The position numbers were made by a program, and so were the translations under genes. Under the pieces are notes generated by a model that did not search any database, had not been told where the DNA came from, and saw nothing but the letters and a program-made list of their open reading frames with translations. This document shows positions 7,803-16,777 of a stretch of DNA of 64,000 nucleotides, in pieces (position 1 is the first letter of the stretch; each line of letters starts with the position of its first letter). The stretch lies in the IMG/VR virus record IMGVR_UViG_3300030118_003994; one strand, 5' to 3'. The DNA is from an uncultured virus (IMG/VR IMGVR_UViG_3300030118_003994). Taxonomy: Duplodnaviria > Heunggongvirae > Uroviricota > Caudoviricetes > Crassvirales.

Positions 7803-7988
7803 ATGAAATCAGAAAAAATGTTACACCCCTACATCAACAGTATCAATACTGATGAAACAATTACATATAAAAATGATACTGAATTAGAAAGGTTAAGAGA
7901 AGATAGAAAAAACTTACAATTAGAATTTATTAAATTAAAAGAATTACTTGAACAAATTAAAAAAACAATAGATGAATATAATGGATAA
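7803..7988 (+). CDS. Hypothetical coiled-coil protein
   Basis: ORF in array. Confidence 0.6.
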   Translation: MKSEKMLHPYINSINTDETITYKNDTELERLREDRKNLQLEFIKLKELLEQIKKTIDEYNG

Positions 7989-8101
7989 AATAGAAAAATG
8001 GTGGTCAAACCTATCAGACACACAACAACTAATTGTTATACTAATAGTTTTTGTATGGATATTATGGTCAAGCCCTTTTATAAATTAATAAAATAAATAA
8101 A

Positions 8102-8329
8102 ATGATAATAGATATTAAAGCAACTTATAACCTAACAATACAAGAATTTTTAGATGAGTTTGGATTACACAAAGAATTTGAAAAAACTTTTGGTTGTAAA
8201 CTAAAAGATTGGGATGATGATGTGTACGATGTAGATGTTATAGAAACCCTATTAGAAAAGTATAGGCCTGAAAACAACTATGTTGTACTTATAGATGACA
8301 GCGTATACACTCAAATAATAGAAATATAA
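8102..8329 (+). CDS. Acidic hypothetical protein
   Basis: ORF in array. Confidence 0.6.
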   Translation: MIIDIKATYNLTIQEFLDEFGLHKEFEKTFGCKLKDWDDDVYDVDVIETLLEKYRPENNYVVLIDDSVYTQIIEI

Positions 8330-8457
8330 TGAACGGACATAAATATGAATTTATAATTGATTGTATATTTGTTTACTTGATTCTTTTATTATTAAGTCTA
8401 ATATGAGACTCCAATCAGATAATTATACAAATGTATTACTATAAATAAATAAATAAA

Positions 8458-8832
8458 ATGAATAATAAAAATATTGAATACTTAATGGATACTGTTAACG
8501 AGCTTGTTTTTGGATTACAAGACTCAATAGATAGGCTTGAATTAGCAGACACAATTTGGGATAAAAAAATAGACCCTAAACTAAAAGACGATGATGTTCT
8601 TGAAGAAGTGTTAAATGAAAAAGAACTTGCTGTTTTAAATTGCATGAGAATTAAACAAATACTTGTTACTATATGTTATGCAATAGAAAACCCTCAGGTT
8701 ATACCAGAACTTCAAGAAAACACTATCATGAGTACTATGAGGCACAATATATCTAACAATAAAGCAACAGATGAAACTGTAAATACATTTTTAGACTATA
8801 TGAACTCGGTAAAAAAAGAAAAAAGTTATTAA
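8458..8832 (+). CDS. Hypothetical protein
   Basis: 124-aa ORF, A-rich leader. Confidence 0.65.
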   Translation: MNNKNIEYLMDTVNELVFGLQDSIDRLELADTIWDKKIDPKLKDDDVLEEVLNEKELAVLNCMRIKQILVTICYAIENPQVIPELQENTIMSTMRHNISNNKATDETVNTFLDYMNSVKKEKSY

Positions 8833-8869
8833 CATTTGTAATTTATATAAAAAGTTTGTTGTATATTTG
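8825..8869 (+). promoter_or_regulatory. Promoter TATATTTG (8862-8869) with GTTATTAACA box (8825-8834)
   Basis: Bacteroidota -7 consensus; TTTG at 8835-8838; upstream of recombination/replication operon. Confidence 0.75.
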
Positions 8870-8889
8870 CAAAGAATTTAAACAAAACT

Positions 8890-9069
8890 ATGGAAAACAA
8901 AGAAAAAATTAGTCATGAGTCAAAATTTTGGCTTATGATGTACAAAGAACAACAAAAAAAAGTGGATAGATTACAATATAAAATAGAAAGACTTAAAGAT
9001 AAACTCAAGGAGTGTGGTATCGGTAACGACCACGAGGACTTTTCCCATAGTAAACATTATCTGTCGTAA
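8890..9069 (+). CDS. Small coiled-coil protein, 59 aa (MENKEKISHESKFW...)
   Basis: Hand-translated ORF directly downstream of promoter. Confidence 0.6.
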   Translation: MENKEKISHESKFWLMMYKEQQKKVDRLQYKIERLKDKLKECGIGNDHEDFSHSKHYLS

Positions 9070-9224
9070 TACTTTGTTCCTTGTTACCTCCTTGTAACAC
9101 AACATTCCTGAGCAAGAATGATTATTTAAACTGCTTGTTAGTGTATTTAAAGTCTATGAAAGAAAGGGATGCTGAAACATAAGTATCTTTAAGACAAGGA
9201 ACGTAGTCTCTTTCTGATTAGACA
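9062..9224 (+). ncRNA. Multi-stem structured RNA with probable pseudoknot upstream of recombination genes
   Basis: TGTCGTAAT/ATTAGACA, GTTCCTTGT(9076-9084)/ACAAGGAAC(9194-9202), CATTC/GAATG hairpin whose loop GAGCA can pair TGCTT(9132-9136), GGATGCT/AGTATCT hairpin. Confidence 0.6.
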
Positions 9225-9253
9225 AAAAATTAAATTAAATTAAATTAAATATT

Positions 9254-9841
9254 ATGAGTAAAGAAAACATGAAACTGTGGAATGCAGTAGAAAAAACAAA
9301 TCCAAAGTACACTAAACAAGTAGGCTTTGGTCGTAAATTTACAACAGTTAACGCTCAATATCAAGTAAGATGTGCTACTGAGCAATTTGGACCTCTTGGC
9401 AAGGGTTGGGGTGTTGATAATGAGTTTTTTAATCCTATTATTGAAGGACTTATTGGATACACTGCTAAACTTTGGTGGCAAGATTCTGATGGTAAACATT
9501 CATTTGATATTAACGCATCTATATCTACACATAGTAAATCTGGTAAATTAGATGACGAGTGTTTCAAAAAAGTAACCACAGACGCACTTACAAAAGGTTT
9601 GTCTAAACTAGGTTTCAATGCAGATGTATTTATGGGTCAATATGATGATAACAAGTATGTTGCACAGATGAAGAAAGAGTTTTCTAAAGAAGAAAAAAAG
9701 AAAACAAAAATGACTGCTGACATATTTAATCTTATGATGGAGGCTATTAGTAAAGGAAAGGGTGATAAAGTAAAAGAAAGAATGGGGGACTACACAATGA
9801 CTAAGCCTCAAAAAGACAAACTATTAAAAGCTTTAGCGTAA
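9254..9841 (+). CDS. Rad52/Sak-like single-strand annealing protein
   Basis: FTTVNAQYQ...EQFGPLGKGWG...ECFKKVTTDALTKGLSKLGFNADVF; adjacent to exonuclease. Confidence 0.7.
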   Translation: MSKENMKLWNAVEKTNPKYTKQVGFGRKFTTVNAQYQVRCATEQFGPLGKGWGVDNEFFNPIIEGLIGYTAKLWWQDSDGKHSFDINASISTHSKSGKLDDECFKKVTTDALTKGLSKLGFNADVFMGQYDDNKYVAQMKKEFSKEEKKKTKMTADIFNLMMEAISKGKGDKVKERMGDYTMTKPQKDKLLKALA

Positions 9842-10608
9842 TGATTGATACATTAAAAACAGAATTAATACTATCTGATGATGAAAAGTATTATGCTGAT
9901 AAAGAACATGTGTCTAACAGTATGCTTTCTTTATTAAACAAATCACCTCAACATTTACAAAGATTATTAGATGGGCATCAGGAAGAAACTAATGCCCTAA
10001 TATTTGGAAGTGCTTTTCACACCTATGTATTAGAACCAGAAAAATGGAGTCAAAATGTAGCTGTGTATGAGGGTAAAACCAGAAGAGGCAAGGCTTGGGA
10101 TGAGTTTCAAGAACAAAATAAATCAAAAACTATTATCAATAAATCAGAGTATCAAAAGATTGTTGCCATGCGTAGAGCCTTGTGTACTCCGGCAGACAAT
10201 TACGATTTTATAGAAAACTCTTTACATGAAGTCGTTAGAGTTTGGGAAATGCAAGGCGTAAAGTGTAAAGGAAAGGCTGATTGTGTTTATGAAACTAACA
10301 ATGGTAAAAAAATAATTGTAGATGTTAAGACTACACAAGACGCAAGTCCTGATGGCTTTAGAAGGTCGGCCTACAAGTATGGTTACCATAGACAAGCATC
10401 TTTTTATGTTGATGGCTTTGGTGCTGATGAGTTTTGGTTTGCTGTAGTTGAAAAAGATTCTCCATATAGAGTTGGTTTATATCAAGCTTCGGAGGATTTT
10501 ATAAACAACGGTAGAGATGAGGTTTCGGTATTACTAGAAACATATAAAGAATATTTTATAGATAAAACAAAACAAGTACAAGATTATTATTTTAAAGGAG
10601 AATTATGA
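9841..10608 (+). CDS. RecE/exonuclease VIII-like PD-(D/E)XK nuclease (DUF3799-like)
   Basis: VSNSML, FGSAFHTYVLEP, CKGKAD, IVDVKTT, YGYHRQASFY, VEKDSPY. Confidence 0.85.
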   Translation: MIDTLKTELILSDDEKYYADKEHVSNSMLSLLNKSPQHLQRLLDGHQEETNALIFGSAFHTYVLEPEKWSQNVAVYEGKTRRGKAWDEFQEQNKSKTIINKSEYQKIVAMRRALCTPADNYDFIENSLHEVVRVWEMQGVKCKGKADCVYETNNGKKIIVDVKTTQDASPDGFRRSAYKYGYHRQASFYVDGFGADEFWFAVVEKDSPYRVGLYQASEDFINNGRDEVSVLLETYKEYFIDKTKQVQDYYFKGEL

Positions 10609-11189
10609 CAAAAAGAAAATTAGATTTATACGACATAGTTGTTACTGTTTGTAGTCACTATGGATTAACAGAAAAAGAATTTTTTTCTAAAAGAAGAAAA
10701 AGAAACTATGTAATAGCAAGACATGTGTCTATGTATCTTATGCGTAATCATGGTAAAATAAATTCTTATTTAGGTATTAAAAAATACTTTGAAAGTAACG
10801 GTAGTATTTCTAATCATGCTACAGTTATTTATGCAGTAAGAGAAATGGAAGATGCTATGGATGGTTTTGATAAAAGAAGAAAAAAAGATATAGAAGAAAT
10901 ATCTGAAAAACTTTGTGTATTTAGTAGAAAATATATAGATATTCATTGGTTTATGAAAGTAAACAAGGGAGAAAAAGTGCATTTAAAGTACGGTATAGAC
11001 GGAGAAAAAACTATTATATGGGAACACAAATCTTTAGAAACCAGAGGAAACAGAGTTTATGTTAAAGGAAAGATTAAAAAAGGAGAAGAGTGGATTGATA
11101 GAGATGATATGATGTATGAGGAAAATGGCTTCATATGTGCAGGTGATGGTCATAAAGTGTTTTCTACAGGAAGTCAAGTTTTAATATAA
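10605..11189 (+). CDS. Protein with N-terminal DnaA domain IV-like (Bac_DnaA_C) helix-turn-helix
   Basis: VCSHYGLTEKEFFSKRRKRNYVIARHVSMYLMR...NHATVIYAV matches the DnaA C-terminal R..r.iv.aR..amYL...DHtTV pattern. Confidence 0.75.
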   Translation: MTKRKLDLYDIVVTVCSHYGLTEKEFFSKRRKRNYVIARHVSMYLMRNHGKINSYLGIKKYFESNGSISNHATVIYAVREMEDAMDGFDKRRKKDIEEISEKLCVFSRKYIDIHWFMKVNKGEKVHLKYGIDGEKTIIWEHKSLETRGNRVYVKGKIKKGEEWIDRDDMMYEENGFICAGDGHKVFSTGSQVLI

Positions 11190-11485
11190 TGAATTTAAAA
11201 TATTTAAGAAAAGAACTTAGGTCAATGTCTAAATCTTTAGACATAAAGTATAGTTACGTTTATATACTTTTATACGCATATCATAGCGAAACCTTTAGCA
11301 ATAACGAGGTTGTTGCTGAAGTTCCTTTTGGTTGCGAAACTATAAGTAGAGGTATAAGAAGATTAAGCACCTTAGGATTGATAAATAAAGTTCATGGGGG
11401 TGGAGGTAAAAATAAGCTAAAAGCATTATATTCTATATCCGGAAAAGGAAAACTAGAAGTTAAAAGATTATATATAAAATTATAG
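11189..11485 (+). CDS. Winged helix-turn-helix (MarR-like) protein
   Basis: ETISRGIRRLSTLGLINK...YSISGKGK. Confidence 0.65.
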   Translation: MNLKYLRKELRSMSKSLDIKYSYVYILLYAYHSETFSNNEVVAEVPFGCETISRGIRRLSTLGLINKVHGGGGKNKLKALYSISGKGKLEVKRLYIKL

Positions 11486-11532
11486 GGGAAGCCGAAAACC
11501 TTTTAGAGTAGGTAAATTTAAATTTTTTTACA

Positions 11533-11817
11533 ATGAGTAGTATAATTAATCTGAGTATCAATTTAGATAAAATTGATAAAACAAAAATCATTACAGGTAA
11601 AAAGGGTAAATACCTTAATTTAACTGTAGGTTCTAACAGAGATGGTGAAGACCAGTTTGGAAACACGCATTACATTTTTCAGTCTCAATCAAAAGAAGAA
11701 AGAGAAGGTGGTTCTGAAAAAAACTATTTAGGTAATGGTAAAGAATTTGTTTTTGACAATCAGCCAAAAGCTAAAGCTGAAACTGTTACTAATGATGACG
11801 ATGATTTACCTTTTTAA
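11533..11817 (+). CDS. Single-stranded DNA-binding protein-like
   Basis: INLDKIDK...GKKGKYLNL...DQFGN...YLGNG; acidic DDDDLPF tail. Confidence 0.7.
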   Translation: MSSIINLSINLDKIDKTKIITGKKGKYLNLTVGSNRDGEDQFGNTHYIFQSQSKEEREGGSEKNYLGNGKEFVFDNQPKAKAETVTNDDDDLPF

Positions 11818-12483
11818 ATGAACACTGAACAGATGGCTAAGACAAAATCTTACTGGTTTTCACATGACACAGACGCATGGAGTGATATTAATATAGAACT
11901 TATGATGTCTGTATATGGTGCTGAGGGTTATGGGTTCTATTGGATTATAGTAGAAACATTATCAATGCAGGACAATTATAAATTACCAGTTAAAAATAAA
12001 GGATATTTAGCTGTTCTGTCTAGAAGAATGCAAACTACTCCAGAAAAACTTTCTGAGTTTATAGAGGATTGCATTGAATCATTTAATTTATTTGTTTCTG
12101 ATGACTCATTCTTTTGGTCAGATAGTTTGATTAAAAGATTGGGTATCAGAGATAATGTAAAAAAGTCAAGAACAGATGCTGTTATGAAAAGGTGGGGTAA
12201 TTTAGAAAGGTTTGATGAGTTTTGGAATGCTTATGATAAAAAAACAGCAAAAACTAAATGTGAGGCTCTATGGAAAAAAATGTCTAAAGATAAAAAAGAA
12301 AAAGCTATAAACTATATAAGTCAATATAAAAAATCACAGCCTGATAAAAGATACAGAAAAAATCCTGACACATATTTAAGAAACGAATCTTGGAATGATG
12401 AGATAATTAATAACACAAACGGTCAATCACTATCATACGACAATATTAGTAAGGCCGACTTTGACAAAGCATTTAAGGAATGA
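11818..12483 (+). CDS. Replication initiator-like protein (DUF4373/Lin1244-like N-terminus)
   Basis: YWFSHD...YGAEGYGFYWIIVETL; C-terminal FDEFWNAYDKK...KNPDTYLRNESWNDE; precedes helicase. Confidence 0.75.
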   Translation: MNTEQMAKTKSYWFSHDTDAWSDINIELMMSVYGAEGYGFYWIIVETLSMQDNYKLPVKNKGYLAVLSRRMQTTPEKLSEFIEDCIESFNLFVSDDSFFWSDSLIKRLGIRDNVKKSRTDAVMKRWGNLERFDEFWNAYDKKTAKTKCEALWKKMSKDKKEKAINYISQYKKSQPDKRYRKNPDTYLRNESWNDEIINNTNGQSLSYDNISKADFDKAFKE

Positions 12484-14234
12484 TACAAAAACACCAACTA
12501 AATGATTATGGAATTACTTACAAGGGTTCTTGGAAAGAAGAAATAAAAACAACATGCCCTAAATGTTCTCATCAAAGAAAAAAGAAAAAAGAACAATGTT
12601 TAGCAATCAATACTAAAACAGGTCTTTACACTTGTCATCATTGTGGTTGGTCTGGAGTCATAAGAGAAAAAAGAATGAATGAAAAACAATATATAAAGCC
12701 AAAGTGGGTAAACGGAACTAAACTACCCGAATCAATGGTAAAGTATTTTGAAAAAAGAAAGATACCTCAAGATGTTTTAATTAGAAATAAAGTTACAAGC
12801 AAAAAAGAATATATGCCTCAAGTACAAAAAAACAGAGGCGTAATATGTTTTAATTATTTTAGAGAAGGAGAGTTAATAAACATAAAGTACAGAGATGGTG
12901 ATAAAAACTTTAAACAAGTCGCTGGAGCAGAAAAAATATTTTATGGTTTAGATGATATAAAAGAAACCAATACATGTATTATTGTAGAGGGTGAAATGGA
13001 CAAATTATCTTTTGACACTATAGGTAAAACAGAAACAGTTAGTGTTCCTGATGGTGCTCCAAATCCTAATGCAAAAAATGTAGACGGTAAGTTTTCTTAC
13101 ATAGATAATTGTCACAGTTATTTTGAGAATATGGATGCTATATTTATCGCTGTTGATAATGATGTAAACGGAAGAAGACTTAGAGAAGAATTAGCTAGAA
13201 GACTTGGTAAGGAAAGGGTTTTGATTATAGATTTTCCAGAAGGATGCAAAGACGCTAACGATGTTTTGGTTATACATGGAAAAGAAAAACTTATAGAGTG
13301 TTATGAAAATGCTAGAGATTATCCTGTTGAAGGAGTATTTTCTGTATCTGATGTTGAGGGTTTAATGATAGACTCTTTTCATAATGGAAAAATAAAAGGT
13401 CTATCTACTGGATACCCAACCTTAGACCCTCATTATACGTTTAGAATGGCAGAGTTTGATGTTTTTACAGGCATTCCTGGTCACGGTAAAACATCATTTT
13501 GTTTTCAATTAATGATGAATGGTTCTATTTTATATGGGTGGAAGTGGGGTTTGTTTTCTCCTGAAAATTATCCTATAACAGAACTTTACGAAACTTTAGT
13601 AGAGATGTATATAGGTAAAACTTCAGACATAGAATCAAGTCAAAGAATGAGTATGACAGAGTATTCTGTAGGCATGAAGTTTGTAAATAAACACTTTTTT
13701 GTTGTTTACCCAGAAGATAGTTTTAGTTTAAAAAATGTATTAGATAAATTTAAACACCTGGTCCTAAGAAAAGGTATAAAAGGGGTGTTGGTTGACCCAT
13801 TCAATCAGCTAGACCATGACTTGAAAGGATTGACCGAAGCCTTACATGTAGCAAAAACTTTAAATGAAATAAGAAGATTTACCAAAAACTATCATCTTAA
13901 ATTTATTGTTGTTGCTCATCCTATTACCATGAGAAGTGACAAAGGTATAGGGGATAACGAGGTTCCTACTGCTTATAGAATTGCAGGTGGTAGCAACTGG
14001 TTTAATAAAGCAGATAATATTATTACTGTCCACAGACCAAACCCAAAAGACTTTAGAGACACAACAGTAGATATACATGTTCAAAAAATAAAATTTCAAA
14101 AACTTGTTGGTGTTCCTACAGGTACTCCTGTAAAACTAAATTATCACAGGCCTTCAAATAGGTTTAAGATTTTTGGAGGAGATTATCCTTTGGAGTATTT
14201 AATTAATATAACAGACAATTTAATACCTTACTAA
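12480..14234 (+). CDS. DNA primase-helicase (T7 gp4/Twinkle-like)
   Basis: Zn finger CPKC...CHHC, TOPRIM EGEMD and DND..G, KDAND, Walker A GIPGHGKT, VDPFN, VAHP. Confidence 0.92.
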   Translation: MIQKHQLNDYGITYKGSWKEEIKTTCPKCSHQRKKKKEQCLAINTKTGLYTCHHCGWSGVIREKRMNEKQYIKPKWVNGTKLPESMVKYFEKRKIPQDVLIRNKVTSKKEYMPQVQKNRGVICFNYFREGELINIKYRDGDKNFKQVAGAEKIFYGLDDIKETNTCIIVEGEMDKLSFDTIGKTETVSVPDGAPNPNAKNVDGKFSYIDNCHSYFENMDAIFIAVDNDVNGRRLREELARRLGKERVLIIDFPEGCKDANDVLVIHGKEKLIECYENARDYPVEGVFSVSDVEGLMIDSFHNGKIKGLSTGYPTLDPHYTFRMAEFDVFTGIPGHGKTSFCFQLMMNGSILYGWKWGLFSPENYPITELYETLVEMYIGKTSDIESSQRMSMTEYSVGMKFVNKHFFVVYPEDSFSLKNVLDKFKHLVLRKGIKGVLVDPFNQLDHDLKGLTEALHVAKTLNEIRRFTKNYHLKFIVVAHPITMRSDKGIGDNEVPTAYRIAGGSNWFNKADNIITVHRPNPKDFRDTTVDIHVQKIKFQKLVGVPTGTPVKLNYHRPSNRFKIFGGDYPLEYLINITDNLIPY

Positions 14235-14235
14235 T

Positions 14236-14736
14236 ATGGATTTAAATAAAAAATTTAAAAAAGACTTAGAGTTTGGAAATGTTGGTGAAAAAATAGTAGC
14301 GGCATACATGGCTATAAATGGAATGACTATTGTTAGCGATGAAAGTACAGACACAAAAGATTATGATATAATTATGTACTCCCCTAAAGCAGACAAAAAC
14401 TTATACATGGAGGTTAAAACAGATAATTATGTTGATGATAATAACGATACAGGAAATATAGCCATAGAGATTAGATACAGGGGCAAACCATCTGGTATAA
14501 GCACAACAAAATCAGATTGGTGGGTTTACTATATGCCCGATATATCTGTAAATAATTTATGGATGATGCCTTGTGACAAATTAAAAAGATTTATCAAAGA
14601 AAACATAAAAGATTTAAAGGTTGTAAAGGGCGGTGATAACAATTGGTCTGAATTAGTTTTAATACCTAGAAAAAAATATGCACAATATTTTGGTGTAGAC
14701 ACAATAAAAAAAACAAAATGGGATGACAAAAAATAG
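14236..14736 (+). CDS. PD-(D/E)XK nuclease-like protein
   Basis: GE...YD...EVKTD...TGNIAIE...KPSGISTTKSDWW. Confidence 0.7.
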   Translation: MDLNKKFKKDLEFGNVGEKIVAAYMAINGMTIVSDESTDTKDYDIIMYSPKADKNLYMEVKTDNYVDDNNDTGNIAIEIRYRGKPSGISTTKSDWWVYYMPDISVNNLWMMPCDKLKRFIKENIKDLKVVKGGDNNWSELVLIPRKKYAQYFGVDTIKKTKWDDKK

Positions 14737-15118
14737 TATTTTTATACCAGGAAATGTACCCAGTAGTAAAAACTCCAAGCAATGGACTGGAAAACTACTC
14801 ATAAACTCAAAGGCTACTAGAAACTATATAAAAGCCACTATGGAATTTTATATGAAATATAGGGTAGACTTTCAAAAAATGTTAAAAGATAAAGAGAAGC
14901 CTTATAAACTGTCTTTAAAGTTTATAAGAGGAACTAAACATAAGTTTGATTACATAAACCCAGCACAAACTGTTCAAGACTTGATGGTTAAATATAACTG
15001 GATAAAAGATGACAATTGTGAAGAAATAATACCAGTATTTGAAACTTATGAATACAACAAAGAAAAACCAGGAGTAATAATTAAAATATTAAAAAATGAC
15101 AAAAGAAGAGCACAGTAA
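14723..15118 (+). CDS. RusA-like Holliday junction resolvase
   Basis: IPGNVPSSKNS...FDYINPAQTVQDLMV...IKDDN. Confidence 0.7.
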   Translation: MTKNSIFIPGNVPSSKNSKQWTGKLLINSKATRNYIKATMEFYMKYRVDFQKMLKDKEKPYKLSLKFIRGTKHKFDYINPAQTVQDLMVKYNWIKDDNCEEIIPVFETYEYNKEKPGVIIKILKNDKRRAQ

Positions 15119-15443
15119 ATATTATTATGAAAAAGACAGGAATGGATGGACAGAAAACTGTACACTAGAAGTTAGTGATGAAAATACTAATTTTGCTTTA
15201 ACCTTAGATGCTGTAACAAAAAAAGTAACAGACTTGTTGAAATCTAAAAACAAAGCATATGGTAACACGGCTTTAAATCCTCCGAAAATTTTTAGTAAAT
15301 TAAGTTCAACAGAGGCTATATGTGCTAGATTAGACGATAAACTTTCTAGAATACAAAACAAAGGTATTAACGATGCAACAGAAGATACTGTAGATGATAT
15401 TATAGGCTATTTACTGTTACTTAAAATGTCTATGTTAAAATGA
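15096..15443 (+). CDS. Nucleotide-modification-associated domain protein (DUF1599-like)
   Basis: KNKAYGN...RLDDKLSRI...EDTVDDIIGYL. Confidence 0.7.
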   Translation: MTKEEHSKYYYEKDRNGWTENCTLEVSDENTNFALTLDAVTKKVTDLLKSKNKAYGNTALNPPKIFSKLSSTEAICARLDDKLSRIQNKGINDATEDTVDDIIGYLLLLKMSMLK

Positions 15444-15709
15444 GAAAAAAAGCAAAAGACTTTATATTATCAGACAAACTAAGTATTTGCTGTAATGCAA
15501 AAATGAAATTAGATTACCCTAGTTCTGATATAGGGGTTTGTACTAATTGTGGAAAACTTGCAATGGATAAAAGTAAGCAAGACAGGCTTTGGAAAAACAA
15601 AAACCAGTCTTTTAAAAAGATTGCAGATGACGCTATATATAATGTAACATGGAATAAAAAACGTAATAATTATAGATATGTTTCAAAGTCTACTAGAAAT
15701 ACAAAATAA
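15440..15709 (+). CDS. Small zinc-ribbon-like protein
   Basis: SICCNA...CTNCGK. Confidence 0.6.
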   Translation: MRKKAKDFILSDKLSICCNAKMKLDYPSSDIGVCTNCGKLAMDKSKQDRLWKNKNQSFKKIADDAIYNVTWNKKRNNYRYVSKSTRNTK

Positions 15710-15754
15710 GTTATTAACAATTTTTTATGCTTAATATAATTATATATATATTTG
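15710..15754 (+). promoter_or_regulatory. Promoter TATATTTG (15747-15754) with GTTATTAACA box (15710-15719)
   Basis: Same 37-bp box-to-promoter offset as at 8825/8862. Confidence 0.75.
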
Positions 15755-15769
15755 TATAAATTTAAGAAC

Positions 15770-16540
15770 ATGTCAAGTAAAAAACAATATGGAAGAAGAA
15801 TAAGGCTGACTCCTGAAGAAGAACGCCTTGTTATTAACCATAGAAGAACTACTAATGTAGGTATCATAGGTGATACCCACGAGCCATTCTGTCACCCAGA
15901 CTATAGAGATTTTTGTTATGAAACTTTCAATAGGTTTGGGTGTTCAGAAATCGTGCATATTGGAGACGAGTGCGATAATGCGGCCCTGTCATACCATGAG
16001 TCAGAATTAGAAATGCCTAATGCTGTAAGAGAGGCAGAGCAAGCACAGAAAGCTATGGAAAAATGGTACGCTACATTTCCAAATGTAAAAGTTTGTGTAG
16101 GTAACCACTCTGCTTTACCCTTCAGACAAGCTACTACAGCAGGTATACCAAAAAGATATTTAAAAACATATGAAGAAATATGGAACGCTCCAGAAGGTTG
16201 GAAATGGCAAATGGAGTGGGAAATAGACAATGTTTTGTATGTTCATGGAACAGGAAGCTCTGGAGTTTCTGGTGCAAGAAATAGAGCTATAGCAAATAGA
16301 CAGTCTACAGTTATAGGTCACTCACACTCATTTGGAGGTGTAAATTACATGGCATCTCGTAATGACATTATATTTGGCATGAATGTGGGTTGTGGTATAG
16401 ATGTGCATCATATGGCTTTTTCATACGGTAAGCATTTTCCAAAGAAACCTACTCTAGGTTGCGGTGTAGTTCTTGACGGAGGTCGTACTGCAATATTCAT
16501 CCCGATGAATTTAGGAAGTAAATATAAATGGATAAAATAA
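15770..16540 (+). CDS. Calcineurin-like metallophosphoesterase (start probably ATG 15770)
   Basis: GDTH, GDECD, GNH, HG, GHSH motifs. Confidence 0.88.
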   Translation: MSSKKQYGRRIRLTPEEERLVINHRRTTNVGIIGDTHEPFCHPDYRDFCYETFNRFGCSEIVHIGDECDNAALSYHESELEMPNAVREAEQAQKAMEKWYATFPNVKVCVGNHSALPFRQATTAGIPKRYLKTYEEIWNAPEGWKWQMEWEIDNVLYVHGTGSSGVSGARNRAIANRQSTVIGHSHSFGGVNYMASRNDIIFGMNVGCGIDVHHMAFSYGKHFPKKPTLGCGVVLDGGRTAIFIPMNLGSKYKWIK

Positions 16541-16546
16541 AATAAA

Positions 16547-16777
16547 ATGGCAAAAAATTATAACCCACCACCAAAAATTAACGAACACGCAGGTGTTCAG
16601 TTGTTAAATGACAAGCAAAGAAAAGTAGAAGCAAAAATGATTAGAATTGACGCTATGAGATTTACTATTGAAAGTTTAGCTAAAGATAGTGTTAGTGATA
16701 TGAATAATATTATAAATGAAGCTAAAAAGGTAGCTGATTACTTAGAGTACGGCACTGTTCCTGTTAAAAAGAAGTAA
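16547..16777 (+). CDS. Hypothetical protein
   Basis: Last + strand ORF before convergence point. Confidence 0.6.
   Translation: MAKNYNPPPKINEHAGVQLLNDKQRKVEAKMIRIDAMRFTIESLAKDSVSDMNNIINEAKKVADYLEYGTVPVKKK

Noticed and set aside
7670..10432. Other CTGATGA strings (~7671, ~7849, ~10424) as hammerheads
   Set aside because: Inside conserved coding sequence, without stem II-GAAA and flanking stems
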